64,000 nt of DNA from Desulfuromusa sp. (GTDB lineage: Bacteria; Desulfobacterota; Desulfuromonadia; Desulfuromonadales; Geopsychrobacteraceae). A model generated the notes under the pieces. The model was not told the origin of the DNA. It saw only the letters and a list, made by a program, of their open reading frames with translations, and did no database searches. The stretch is taken from NCBI GenBank assembly GCA_016744675.1, contig JADGDX010000008.1, positions 26,821-90,820 on the forward strand, in the 5' to 3' direction. Below are positions 48,662 to 58,177 of the stretch, in pieces. The stretch's first letter is position 1. Each line of letters opens with the position of its first letter. Made by a program: the position numbers and the translations under genes.

Positions 48662-49723
48662 ATGACCGAAGCTAACAAACAATTAGAAATACAAATCCTT
48701 CAATTGCAGAAGGACAATCAAATCCTTCTGCAGTCAATTGAAGACCTGAAACAGTTGCAGCGGGATTGTGAGCAAATGATTGGCGAAAACAATGCCACCC
48801 TGCTGCAATCAGAAATGGCTCGGATGGAATTGGAACAGATCTTTTCTGTATATTCAGATCCCATGTGGGTTTTACGAGAAGATGGCAGTGTTATCAGAGC
48901 AAACGATGCCATGCTGAAAATTCTTAGAAAAAACAAGGAAGATGTCATCGGCAAATCCTGCTCAACTTTTCTGGAACATCACCTTTGCAAAAGTGAAAGC
49001 TGTCCGCTAAAAAGTATTCACGATGGGAAGACTCATGAATTTGATGTGCAGCTATCAAACCTGACGGACAATATTAATAATTATTATTTACTGACGACCG
49101 CCCCACATATCACCATTGATGGGAACCCGGGGATTATTGCACAACTTAAGGATATCACCAGTCGCAGACAGGCTGAAAAGGATCTGGAACAAGCCAATAT
49201 TGCATTAGAAAAGATGGCGCTGATTGACGGTCTGACTCAGATTGCTAACCGGCGCTGTTTTGATGATACGTTAGAGAAAGAATGGCAACGCCTTAAACGA
49301 ACAGAGCAACCCATCAGCTTGCTGCTTGGAGATATTGATTACTTCAAGAAATATAATGATCATTATGGCCATCAAGCCGGGGATGAGTGCTTACAACAAG
49401 TCGGGCAAGCATTGGCAGGGGTTGTTCTACGCCCTGCCGATCTAGCAGCCCGCTACGGTGGTGAAGAATTTGTGCTATTACTGCCTGAGGACGCAGCGGA
49501 CGGGGCTCTAAAAGTCGCTGAGCGGGCCATCGAAGCGATCAAAGCGCTCCAGATTCCACATCAGGACTCAGAGGTGAGCGGCATCATCACTATCAGCATT
49601 GGTGTAGCAACTCTGATTCCAACGCAAGATCAACAACCTGCGACGCTAATTGCGCTAGCAGATGAGGCGCTGTACAAAGCAAAAGAACAAGGGCGAAATA
49701 GGGTTCTATCAGCACAGAGCTGA
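48662..49723 (+). CDS. Diguanylate cyclase (coiled coil plus PAS plus GGDEF)
   Basis: GGEEF active site (RYGGEEF), RxxD-like I-site context, a PAS-like segment and an N-terminal coiled coil. Confidence 0.9.
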   Translation: MTEANKQLEIQILQLQKDNQILLQSIEDLKQLQRDCEQMIGENNATLLQSEMARMELEQIFSVYSDPMWVLREDGSVIRANDAMLKILRKNKEDVIGKSCSTFLEHHLCKSESCPLKSIHDGKTHEFDVQLSNLTDNINNYYLLTTAPHITIDGNPGIIAQLKDITSRRQAEKDLEQANIALEKMALIDGLTQIANRRCFDDTLEKEWQRLKRTEQPISLLLGDIDYFKKYNDHYGHQAGDECLQQVGQALAGVVLRPADLAARYGGEEFVLLLPEDAADGALKVAERAIEAIKALQIPHQDSEVSGIITISIGVATLIPTQDQQPATLIALADEALYKAKEQGRNRVLSAQS

Positions 49724-49781
49724 CTTCAAAGTACTCCGCAGAAACAGATCTAAACAACTCTCATTATGGGCCCACTGTGCC

Positions 49782-50258
49782 TTATGCTTTAATTGAAGCC
49801 GCTACACAGTATGCCCTAATTTCCCGACAGTGTTCCTCTTCGCTCTTCCCTATGGAGTGAAACATTTGACGCATACTTTTCGTTTCAAATTCAATAGCAG
49901 CGGTAATATGCACAGCGAGAAACTCCTGTTCCAACTTTAAAGTCATTTCGGCCGCTGCCTTTGTCGATAATCGTGAAGACTTACTTTTCTCTAGTATCGC
50001 CTGAGTCGAATCAAGAAGCTGATCGACCCTTGCTTGCGTTAAGCTTTTAACAGTAACTAATTCTTCATGGGGCAGACGCGCAGCAAAACTAATATCCAAA
50101 GCATGCTGATCTTCATCATTAGCCAGCTTAATCTAAATGGATTTCAATTCTTCATCTGCAGGGACTGTCTGTGCAAATTGGCGATAGATTGTAGCAATGG
50201 TTTTTTCTATCGCTGCGCAGGTATTCAAAAATTTACGGATATCTATTTTATTATTCAT
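49782..50258 (-). pseudogene. Ferritin-like/rubrerythrin-like diiron four-helix-bundle protein interrupted by a single in-frame TAG (complement of 50133-50135)
   Basis: ATG (complement of 50256-50258) follows aagg. It translates MNNKIDIRKFLNTCAAIEKTIATIYRQFAQTVPADEELKSI-stop-IKLANDEDQHALDISFAARL..., in frame with track ORF 49782-50099. ExxH motifs are present (EDQH, EEEH). Confidence 0.6.
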
Positions 50259-50498
50259 CGTTACCTTATGAGACATGAAAAGCAAAAAAAATAGTATACG
50301 GTCATGTGCATCAAAATACTATCGGGATAGGTTGTCGGCATGACTTCATGCTGAGCAAAACCTATTTAAACTGCTAACATCTTTGCCTCTGCTGGACCAA
50401 TTATCGCCACGAATAACTCAACGGTTATTCAAAAAAGCTTGGTCTTTTCAGACAAACTACAGTAAGTACTTAGTCAAATTATATTGACGTAGGATTTT

Positions 50499-51506
50499 AT
50501 GATAAATCATCTCGATGAACTTCGTGACAAGCCAACGGTATGGCGCAATCTTATCCAGGCCGCCTTTCTCTTCTGGTGCCTCTATCTAGGCTTTCAGTTT
50601 TCTCGATTTGTGGAACACTTTGTCAGCAAAGGGCAAACTCCATTTATCAGTCGTCCCCCCGGAGTGGAGGCTTTTCTCCCGATTGGTGCACTGGTCAGTT
50701 TAAAAAATTGGATACTTAACGGAACGCTCGATCCTGTCCACCCAGCAGCCCTCGTTCTCTTCTTGACCTTCCTTGCCATGGCTCTTTTTACCCGTAAATC
50801 TTTCTGTTCTTGGATCTGCCCGGTTGGAACCCTTGCCGAATTTCTTTGGCGCAGCAGTGAGCGCCTCACTGGCCGGAGACTCAGAGTCTGGCGCTGGCTC
50901 GATATCGTACTTCGCAGCACAAAGTATCTTCTGTTGTTTTTCTTTCTCAAGCTGATTTTGTTCGGGATGCCCGCTAATGCTCTAAAAAGTTTCCTCTCGA
51001 CCCCCTACTGGGCAATCAGCGACATTAAGATGCTCCACTTTTTCACCAATCCTTCACAACTCAGCATAATGATCATTGTCGCACTGGTTGTTTTATCCCT
51101 ATTGATCCGTCAATTTTGGTGTCGCTATTTATGCCCCTATGGTGCTCTCCTCGGTTTTTTCAGCCTCTTTAGTCCATGTAGAATCACCCGAGATGCTCAC
51201 AATTGCACCTCATGCGGCAACTGCGATCAAGCGTGTCCAGCGTCGATTCCCGTCTCTCGCAAACAGCAGGTCGCCTCTGTCGAATGCACTGGGTGCTTAA
51301 GCTGTGTCGAGAGTTGCCCCGAATCTCTGGTCCTTGGGATGGGAACCGTCGGTCGTCGTACCTTTATGCCAAACTGGCTGTTCCTCCTGCTGGTCATGCT
51401 AGTTTTTATCTTAGGTGTGGCCTCCGGCATGCTGACTGGACATTGGCAGAGCTCTCTGACTTACCGTGAGTACATGCAACTGATCCCCCTTCTCCACCGC
51501 TTTTAG
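50499..51506 (+). CDS. Membrane-bound 4Fe-4S polyferredoxin (NapH/MauN-like)
   Basis: Several TM helices. Motifs CSWICPVG and CRYLCPYG, plus two ferredoxin motifs CTSCGNCDQACP and CTGCLSCVESCP. Confidence 0.82.
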   Translation: MINHLDELRDKPTVWRNLIQAAFLFWCLYLGFQFSRFVEHFVSKGQTPFISRPPGVEAFLPIGALVSLKNWILNGTLDPVHPAALVLFLTFLAMALFTRKSFCSWICPVGTLAEFLWRSSERLTGRRLRVWRWLDIVLRSTKYLLLFFFLKLILFGMPANALKSFLSTPYWAISDIKMLHFFTNPSQLSIMIIVALVVLSLLIRQFWCRYLCPYGALLGFFSLFSPCRITRDAHNCTSCGNCDQACPASIPVSRKQQVASVECTGCLSCVESCPESLVLGMGTVGRRTFMPNWLFLLLVMLVFILGVASGMLTGHWQSSLTYREYMQLIPLLHRF

Positions 51507-51650
51507 TCTTAAGGGACTTTCCTAAGTAATCTAAAATACCAATTTTCCTCCTGATTAATGTTGTCTTCTTGCAGAGTCGTGCTTAAATATAAGTAAGAGT
51601 TCTCACCATTTCAATTCTCACAAACTGCTTTGGATAGAGGAGTCAGCAAA

Positions 51651-53096
51651 ATGTATGATGTCATCATTGTCGGTGGTGGAATTATCGGCTGTGCTCTGGC
51701 CAGAGAGCTGTCTCGCTACAATGTACGCCTCGCCCTCCTTGAAAAAGAAGTCGAAGTCGGCTTTGGAACCAGCAAAACGAACTCAGGAATCATTCATGCT
51801 GGTCACCATTCACCGCCTGGAACCCTGAAAGGTCAATTTGAATGGTCTGGCAATCAACTTTGGGGTGATCTTGCCAAAGAACTTAAATTCGGGTTTAAAC
51901 ACATTGGTGAATTGCTGATTGCTCAAAAACGTGAAGACTTGCAATATTTGGAAAACCTGAAAAAACAAGGGGATTCCAGAGGTGTCACTGGCCTTGAAAT
52001 GTGGGGACCAAAACGGATTCAAAAAGAGGAACCAAACCTCAGCCACACCATCCTTAAAGCCCTCCATGCTCCGACAGCTGCAGTCATCAACCCCTATGAA
52101 GCATGTTTTGGGCTTATTGAGTGTGCGAAACAAAATGGCCTTGAACTCTTCTGTGATCATCCGGTGCAATCTATCAAGAGAGAAAGGGACAATTTTTCCA
52201 TTGCAACACCACGAGGAAGCTTCAGAGCGCGGATCATCTTGAATGCGGCTGGCTTATTTGCAGACCATGTCGCAGCAATGGTTGGGGCGAAGACTTTTTC
52301 AATTTCCCCCCGTAAGGGAGAAGAATACCTCCTCGACAGACGACTTCAGGGAATCGTCACCCATTTGATTTTTCCGACTCCAACAGCAACGAGCAAAGGG
52401 GTTCTTATCATTCCAACAGTCGATGGCCCCACCATGGTTGGCCCTACGGCTGAAGACATTGATGATCGCGAAGATCTGTCGACCAGCTATTCAGGAGCCG
52501 CTGACGTGTTTGCAGCAGTCCGCAAGACGTGTCCTGCGATCTCTGAAAGGGACACGATTACTGAATTCGCCGGGCTACGAGCTGTATCAGAAAGCAACGA
52601 CTTCATTATCAAACGATCACCTGTCAAAAATTTCTACAATATTGCCGGAATTCAATCTCCGGGTCTGACCGCAGCACCTGTCATTGCAACATATGTCATC
52701 AATATGCTCCGGGATAACGACCTTTCTCTGGTTAAAAAGCAAACGTGGAAGGCGGATATTGATGGGCCGCCCCGCTTTGCGGCAATGTCACCCAAAGATC
52801 GCAAAGCTGCGATCCATAAAGACTCGGCTTTCGGACAAATTGTCTGCCGTTGTGAGTTAGTCACAGAAGCTGAAGTTCTTTACGCAATCAAACATGGTGC
52901 ACGCACGCTTGACGGGGTCAAGTTTCGAGTCCGTGCCGGGATGGGACGCTGCCAAGGAGGGTTCTGCACAACCCGATTGATGGATCTTCTTGCACAAGCT
53001 GATGAAATTCCTTTGTCTGAGATAACCAAACGCGGAAAGGGCTCAGAGATTTGCATCCAACGCCATGACATTATTCCTAAAAAGGATGACAGGTGA
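51651..53096 (+). CDS. FAD-dependent oxidoreductase, GlpA/GlpD-like, with a C-terminal BFD-like [2Fe-2S] domain
   Basis: YDVIIVGGGIIGC dinucleotide motif after RBS agaggag. C-terminal CRCE...GMGRCQGGFC. Confidence 0.85.
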   Translation: MYDVIIVGGGIIGCALARELSRYNVRLALLEKEVEVGFGTSKTNSGIIHAGHHSPPGTLKGQFEWSGNQLWGDLAKELKFGFKHIGELLIAQKREDLQYLENLKKQGDSRGVTGLEMWGPKRIQKEEPNLSHTILKALHAPTAAVINPYEACFGLIECAKQNGLELFCDHPVQSIKRERDNFSIATPRGSFRARIILNAAGLFADHVAAMVGAKTFSISPRKGEEYLLDRRLQGIVTHLIFPTPTATSKGVLIIPTVDGPTMVGPTAEDIDDREDLSTSYSGAADVFAAVRKTCPAISERDTITEFAGLRAVSESNDFIIKRSPVKNFYNIAGIQSPGLTAAPVIATYVINMLRDNDLSLVKKQTWKADIDGPPRFAAMSPKDRKAAIHKDSAFGQIVCRCELVTEAEVLYAIKHGARTLDGVKFRVRAGMGRCQGGFCTTRLMDLLAQADEIPLSEITKRGKGSEICIQRHDIIPKKDDR

Positions 53097-54355
53097 AAAA
53101 TCAAATGCGGAAAAACTATTCTGTGATCGTCGTTGGTGGAGGGCCAGCCGGTCTCGCTGCAGCATTAGGCGCACGTCAAGCTGGAGCAGAGCGTATTCTT
53201 ATCATTGATCGTGAAGTTGAGACAGGTGGAATCCTCAACCAATGTATCCACAGCGGCTTTGGATTGCACTATTTTAAAGAAGAATTGACAGGCCCTGAAT
53301 ATGCAGAACGATTCAATCAACAAGTCCGCTCAGATAAGATCACAATTCTCACCGATTCCTACGTACTCAATATTACACCCGATTTAAAGATTGAAGTGAT
53401 CAGTAAAAAGCATGGCTACTTAAACCTGCGGGCCAAAGCTGTGGTTCTCGCCATGGGCTGCCGTGAAAGAACCCGTGGAGCCATTCGAACCCCTGGGTTC
53501 AGACCTTCCGGAGTCATGACAGCAGGGCTAGCTCAGAAGATGGTTAATATGAAGGGAGTTCTCCCCGGTCAACGTGTTGCCATTCTCGGATCGGGAGATA
53601 TCGGGATGATCATGGCACGCCGACTGATACTGGAAGGGTGTCAAGTGGTTGGTGTCTTTGAACTACACCCTTTTTCAAGCGGATTGACCAGAAATAAAGT
53701 TCAATGTCTGGATGATTTTGATATTCCCCTGCACCTGTCAACCACGGTCGCTTTTATTCATGGACGAAAGCGTGTCGAGCGCCTGACACTAGCACCGGTC
53801 ACAACTGATTATAAACCCGACCTCAAACAATCTTGGGATATCCAATGTGACACTCTGCTTTTTTCCATTGGCCTGATCCCCGAAAATGAACTTTCAGCCA
53901 GGCTGCGGATTAAGATGGATCCAGCAACCGGTGGCCCTCAGGTCAGCAGCACCATGGAAACGTCTTTACCAGGAGTTTTTGCCTGTGGCAATGTTCTTCA
54001 CGTTCATGACATTGTCGATTTTGTTTCAGAAGAATCCCACCGTGCCGGTCGATATGCTGCAGAGCTCGCCCTAGGAATGCGACGTCCCGGAGACAATATT
54101 ACTCTTTACCCTGGAGAGAATATCGCATCCTGCACCCCCCATTCTCTTTCTTCCGACAGAGAGCAAACCATTTATCTACGCGTGAAACAACCGGTCAAAG
54201 ATGCCACTCTGAAAATTGGAAATCGATACGAACAAAAATTTAGAACACTCGTCCCTTCAGAAATGGTCAAATTGTCTCTTCCCCCCAAGGTTCTTAACCA
54301 TTTCTTTGGTGAACAACTTAGAATTGAAGTTTCATCTGAGGAGGGGGCACAATAA
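53093..54355 (+). CDS. NAD(P)/FAD-dependent pyridine nucleotide-disulfide oxidoreductase-family protein
   Basis: VIVVGGGPAGLAAA and a second Rossmann motif VAILGSGDIGM. 4-nt overlap with the upstream gene. Confidence 0.85.
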   Translation: MKNQMRKNYSVIVVGGGPAGLAAALGARQAGAERILIIDREVETGGILNQCIHSGFGLHYFKEELTGPEYAERFNQQVRSDKITILTDSYVLNITPDLKIEVISKKHGYLNLRAKAVVLAMGCRERTRGAIRTPGFRPSGVMTAGLAQKMVNMKGVLPGQRVAILGSGDIGMIMARRLILEGCQVVGVFELHPFSSGLTRNKVQCLDDFDIPLHLSTTVAFIHGRKRVERLTLAPVTTDYKPDLKQSWDIQCDTLLFSIGLIPENELSARLRIKMDPATGGPQVSSTMETSLPGVFACGNVLHVHDIVDFVSEESHRAGRYAAELALGMRRPGDNITLYPGENIASCTPHSLSSDREQTIYLRVKQPVKDATLKIGNRYEQKFRTLVPSEMVKLSLPPKVLNHFFGEQLRIEVSSEEGAQ

Positions 54356-54729
54356 TGAAAAAGGAACTCATTTGTATTAGCTGCCCAATGAGCTGTCCAT
54401 TGGAGCTCACAATTGTTAACGGTGAAATTTTGAGCATTACTGGAAACAGATGTAAAAATGGAGAAATATATGCACGGCAGGAGCTCACCCATCCCCAAAG
54501 AGTAGTCACGACAACTGTCGCCTGCCGTTCTGGGCTCTGGCCTCGACTTCCAGTCAAAACCATTGCAGCAGTACCAAAGGATTACGTCACCAACGTTGTC
54601 ACAGAGCTGCATGAAGTTGAGGTCGAAGCTCCTGTTCTGCTAGGACAAATTATTATAGAAAATGTCGCAAACACAGGGATAGCAGTCATTGCAACCCGTA
54701 GCCTTCCCCATGAAACCGTTAAAGAATAA
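54355..54729 (+). CDS. DUF1667-type small Cys-rich protein
   Basis: 124 aa. CISCPMSC...GNRCKNGE pattern. It is the third member of the familiar FAD-oxidoreductase trio. Confidence 0.75.
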   Translation: MKKELICISCPMSCPLELTIVNGEILSITGNRCKNGEIYARQELTHPQRVVTTTVACRSGLWPRLPVKTIAAVPKDYVTNVVTELHEVEVEAPVLLGQIIIENVANTGIAVIATRSLPHETVKE

Positions 54730-54898
54730 TGCGAAACATATTTAAAGAAAATGTAATCCAACATCAAAGCATAAAATTCTATAGATATGCTACAATCTCA
54801 AAATGTTGACATGAGTATGATCGGATTTTTTAGGAACACACCCACTTCCAAACGATACTGCGAACCCCTTTCATCAACAATTTTGTGAGGCGATCAAT

Positions 54899-55654
54899 AT
54901 GCGTATAACCTTGTCTTTACTCTTCTTTTTTCTGTTTTTCAGCAGCATCAGCATGGCTTCTTCACCGAAAGTTCTTTTTGACCAAGGACACAGACAAGCC
55001 TTTACCATTGAAAAGAACGGCCCATTGCAACTCAGTCAATTCGCTGAGAAATTTAGCAACAATGGCTGGCAGGTTGCCTCAACGGACACATCATTCACTC
55101 CGAAAACACTTGCAGACGTCAAAGCCTTGGTCATCTCAGGAGCCTTTACCCCTCTTCAGAAAAGCGAAATAGAAGCCGTCAAGGGATTCGTTGAAAACGG
55201 TGGGAATCTGATTGTCATGTTGCATATTGCCCCACCACTCATTCCACTGCTAGACACTTTTGGAGTCGCTTCAGCTAATGGTGTTGTGCGGGAACATGAA
55301 AAATTACTTGTCATCGATAATCAGCCCCTTAATTTTAAAACTTCATCATTGGTGGAGCACCCCCTCACCAAAGGCTTATCTCACATTTCAATCTACGGCA
55401 GCTGGCCACTCCTTCCCCTACGCGACAGTGCTAAGATCATTGCTAGCACGAGCTCTAACGCATGGGTTGATCTAAATCGGGATGACACTCTATCTGCAAA
55501 AGATGCTGTTCAGGAATTTGGCGTTGTTGTCGCGGGAACACTTGGCAAAGGAAAATTTGCTTTTTTTGCCGACGATGCAATGTTCCAAAACAATTTTTTC
55601 AAAGGTGAGAATATAAAGTTAGTCGACAATATGAGCAACTGGATGAGTCAGTAA
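54899..55654 (+). CDS. Secreted hypothetical protein (possibly DUF4350-like, amidotransferase-like fold)
   Basis: Signal peptide MRITLSLLFFFLFFSSISMA. No catalytic motif recognised. Confidence 0.5.
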   Translation: MRITLSLLFFFLFFSSISMASSPKVLFDQGHRQAFTIEKNGPLQLSQFAEKFSNNGWQVASTDTSFTPKTLADVKALVISGAFTPLQKSEIEAVKGFVENGGNLIVMLHIAPPLIPLLDTFGVASANGVVREHEKLLVIDNQPLNFKTSSLVEHPLTKGLSHISIYGSWPLLPLRDSAKIIASTSSNAWVDLNRDDTLSAKDAVQEFGVVVAGTLGKGKFAFFADDAMFQNNFFKGENIKLVDNMSNWMSQ

Positions 55655-56197
55655 TTACTCTGAGCCCGAGACAGCCGAATGGAGGTCATCTAAAGTCAGA
55701 ATAGATTCGATATCCGTTCGTTGTGATTTATTGATAATAACCGCAGCACCTACCAGAGAAGCTCCGCATTGACCAATGATCTCTTCTATTGCTTTGAGAG
55801 TTGATCCTTTGGCAAAGAAGTCATCAACAAACAAAACCTGATCTTCTCGATGAAGGACTTCTTTAGAAACATAAAGCGTTGTCGATTCCTGCTTGGTAAA
55901 GGAATAGCTTGCCGCAGCAAAATACTCCGGCATAGTGATAGGACGCTTCTTTTTTGCGTAAACAAACGGAACTTGCAACTTTAAAGCAACAGCTTGAGCC
56001 AGCATGATCCCGCTGGTTTCTGCTGTCAGTATTTTGGTGATGGGGTATTGGCTGAAACGCGCTGCAAGATCATCCCCTAAGAGATGGATCAACACCGGAT
56101 CAACCATATGGTTGAGAAACTGATCCACTTTGACAATCTGACCGTTGATCTTGCCATCTTTATGGATACGCTCCATCAAAGTTTCAGCAGCACTCAT
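55655..56197 (-). CDS. xpt: Xanthine phosphoribosyltransferase
   Basis: 180 aa. PRPP-binding loop VLFVDDFFAKGST and an N-terminal pattern (VDQFLNHMVDP) typical of Xpt. ATGA overlap with the upstream permease gene. Confidence 0.88.
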   Translation of the reverse strand: MSAAETLMERIHKDGKINGQIVKVDQFLNHMVDPVLIHLLGDDLAARFSQYPITKILTAETSGIMLAQAVALKLQVPFVYAKKKRPITMPEYFAAASYSFTKQESTTLYVSKEVLHREDQVLFVDDFFAKGSTLKAIEEIIGQCGASLVGAAVIINKSQRTDIESILTLDDLHSAVSGSE

Positions 56198-57114
56198 TTC
56201 CTATCCTCTCTATCATAAGGGAGCCCCAACCCCTCGGGTTGCTGACTCGCCCCCTTTTGCAATCGATGCGTCGATATAACCAGAACGAGGATTGTAAAAA
56301 AGTAAGGAAGCATCTGCAGTATATGAGCGCTGATCGTTGTCCCCATTGCCTGAAAGCGTAGCTGCATAGCCGTAATCCCACCAAACAGATATGCTCCCAA
56401 CATCGCCCGGGGGCTTGACCAACCAGCAAAAATAACTAACGCCACCGCGATCCAACCACGACCTGCAGACATGTTTTCAATCCACATTGGAGTACTTGCT
56501 AAGCTTAAGTACGCCCCCCCAATACCAACAAAGCCGGACCCAACCGTCACCGCTAAAAAGCGGTATTTACTGACTGAAAAACCACAGGTATCGGCAGCAG
56601 CCGGATTCTCCCCGACACTACGAACTCCCAGCCCCCAGCGGGTTCGGTAAAGAAAAAACCAGATCATAAACACCAGAAAAAAACTGAAATAAATCAACAA
56701 ATCCTGATTGAAGAATGCTTTTCCAATAAAGGGTAGTTGACTTAAACCGGGAATGGCAACCCGCTTAAAACCTACAATCGTCAAACCAACCATGCTCTTC
56801 CCAAAGAGGGCCGTCACTCCCACACCAAACATCGTCAGAGCCAAGCCACTAACAATCTGGTTTCCGCGCAATTGAACCGTTATCAACGCATGAATACTAC
56901 CTGCAATGAAAGTGGCACAAAAAGCAGCAATGACACCAACGAAAAGAGACCCACTCAAGTAGGTTCCAGAGAAACCAGCTAAGGCCCCTATCAGCATCAA
57001 CCCTTCAATACCCAGATTAATAATCCCGGCACGTTCATTGATGATTGCTCCTAAGGTCGCAAACAATATTGGAGTTCCGGCTCGCACCGTTGCATCGAGC
57101 AGAATCTCAAACAT
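56194..57114 (-). CDS. ABC transporter permease (BMP/nucleoside-type, second permease)
   Basis: 306 aa, polytopic, branched-chain/ribose-type permease fold. Lies within the BMP ABC operon. Confidence 0.85.
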   Translation of the reverse strand: MFEILLDATVRAGTPILFATLGAIINERAGIINLGIEGLMLIGALAGFSGTYLSGSLFVGVIAAFCATFIAGSIHALITVQLRGNQIVSGLALTMFGVGVTALFGKSMVGLTIVGFKRVAIPGLSQLPFIGKAFFNQDLLIYFSFFLVFMIWFFLYRTRWGLGVRSVGENPAAADTCGFSVSKYRFLAVTVGSGFVGIGGAYLSLASTPMWIENMSAGRGWIAVALVIFAGWSSPRAMLGAYLFGGITAMQLRFQAMGTTISAHILQMLPYFFTILVLVISTHRLQKGASQQPEGLGLPYDREDRK

Positions 57115-58177
57115 GAGCGCCTCCCTTAACGAATTTAAGCCGATAAATAATAAAAAAGTCAGAAGCCAAAAGGAAGAAGAGTATCAAACCCTGAAAAGCA
57201 TAAACAAAGGCAACCGGCAATTGCCATAATAATTGCAAACTGTCCCCGCCAACGAGCAAAACTCCCATCAAGAATGAGACAATCACAACACCGATAGCGC
57301 TACGCTTAGCCAGCCAAGCGATAATAATAGCGGTATAGCCATAACCGGGAGAAATACCGTGCTGCAGACGGTGTTGCAAGCCAGCAACTTCGCTGAAGCC
57401 GGCAATACCAGCAATCGCCCCACTAAGAAAGAGGACAAAAAAGATTGCCATCCCAGTGTTCATCCCAGCGTATTTGGCCGCCCGTTGGTTACTACCAATC
57501 ACTTTAATTTCATAGCCCCAAACGGTTCTTTCAATGAAAAGATAAAGGACCAAAGCACAAAACAGAGCAAGAAAAAAACCACTGTGCATACGGGTATTAA
57601 AATATTCGGCCAAGCGAGCCGTATCACTGAATTGAGCTGTTAAGGGAAAATTGAAGCCCTTGGGATCTTTCCATGGACCGTAAATCAAATAGTCGACCCA
57701 GAGGATGGCGATATAATTCATCAGTAAGGTCACAATGACCTCATTCACTTTCCAACGAGCACGGAGAAAACCTGCAACACCCGCCCAAGTTCCACCACAG
57801 AGAAACGCAGCAAAGAACATCGCCGTCAGCATAATCCAGTGAGTTTGAATCCCCGAGAAAAGGGCGACCCAGGACGCCCCCATCGCACCGACATAAATCT
57901 GTCCTTCTGCGCCGATGTTCCAAATTTGCATACGGAAAGCAAGGCTGACACCCAGTCCGGCAAAAATTAACGGGGTTGTCTTCACCAGAGTTTCTGATAG
58001 ACCATAAATTGAACCAAGTGATTCGATGATAATTTCTTTGTAGGCCTCAAGAGGGCTGACGCCACTGGCCAACAATAAAAAGCCAGCAACAAATAACGCG
58101 ACCCCGATCGATGCAATTGGTGCACTGAATCGAAGTAAGGCGGAAGAAATTTCCCGGCGTTCAATCACCAGTTTCAT
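57107..58177 (-). CDS. ABC transporter permease (BMP/nucleoside-type, first permease)
   Basis: 356 aa, polytopic. Overlaps both neighbouring genes. Confidence 0.85.
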   Translation of the reverse strand: MKLVIERREISSALLRFSAPIASIGVALFVAGFLLLASGVSPLEAYKEIIIESLGSIYGLSETLVKTTPLIFAGLGVSLAFRMQIWNIGAEGQIYVGAMGASWVALFSGIQTHWIMLTAMFFAAFLCGGTWAGVAGFLRARWKVNEVIVTLLMNYIAILWVDYLIYGPWKDPKGFNFPLTAQFSDTARLAEYFNTRMHSGFFLALFCALVLYLFIERTVWGYEIKVIGSNQRAAKYAGMNTGMAIFFVLFLSGAIAGIAGFSEVAGLQHRLQHGISPGYGYTAIIIAWLAKRSAIGVVIVSFLMGVLLVGGDSLQLLWQLPVAFVYAFQGLILFFLLASDFFIIYRLKFVKGGAHV

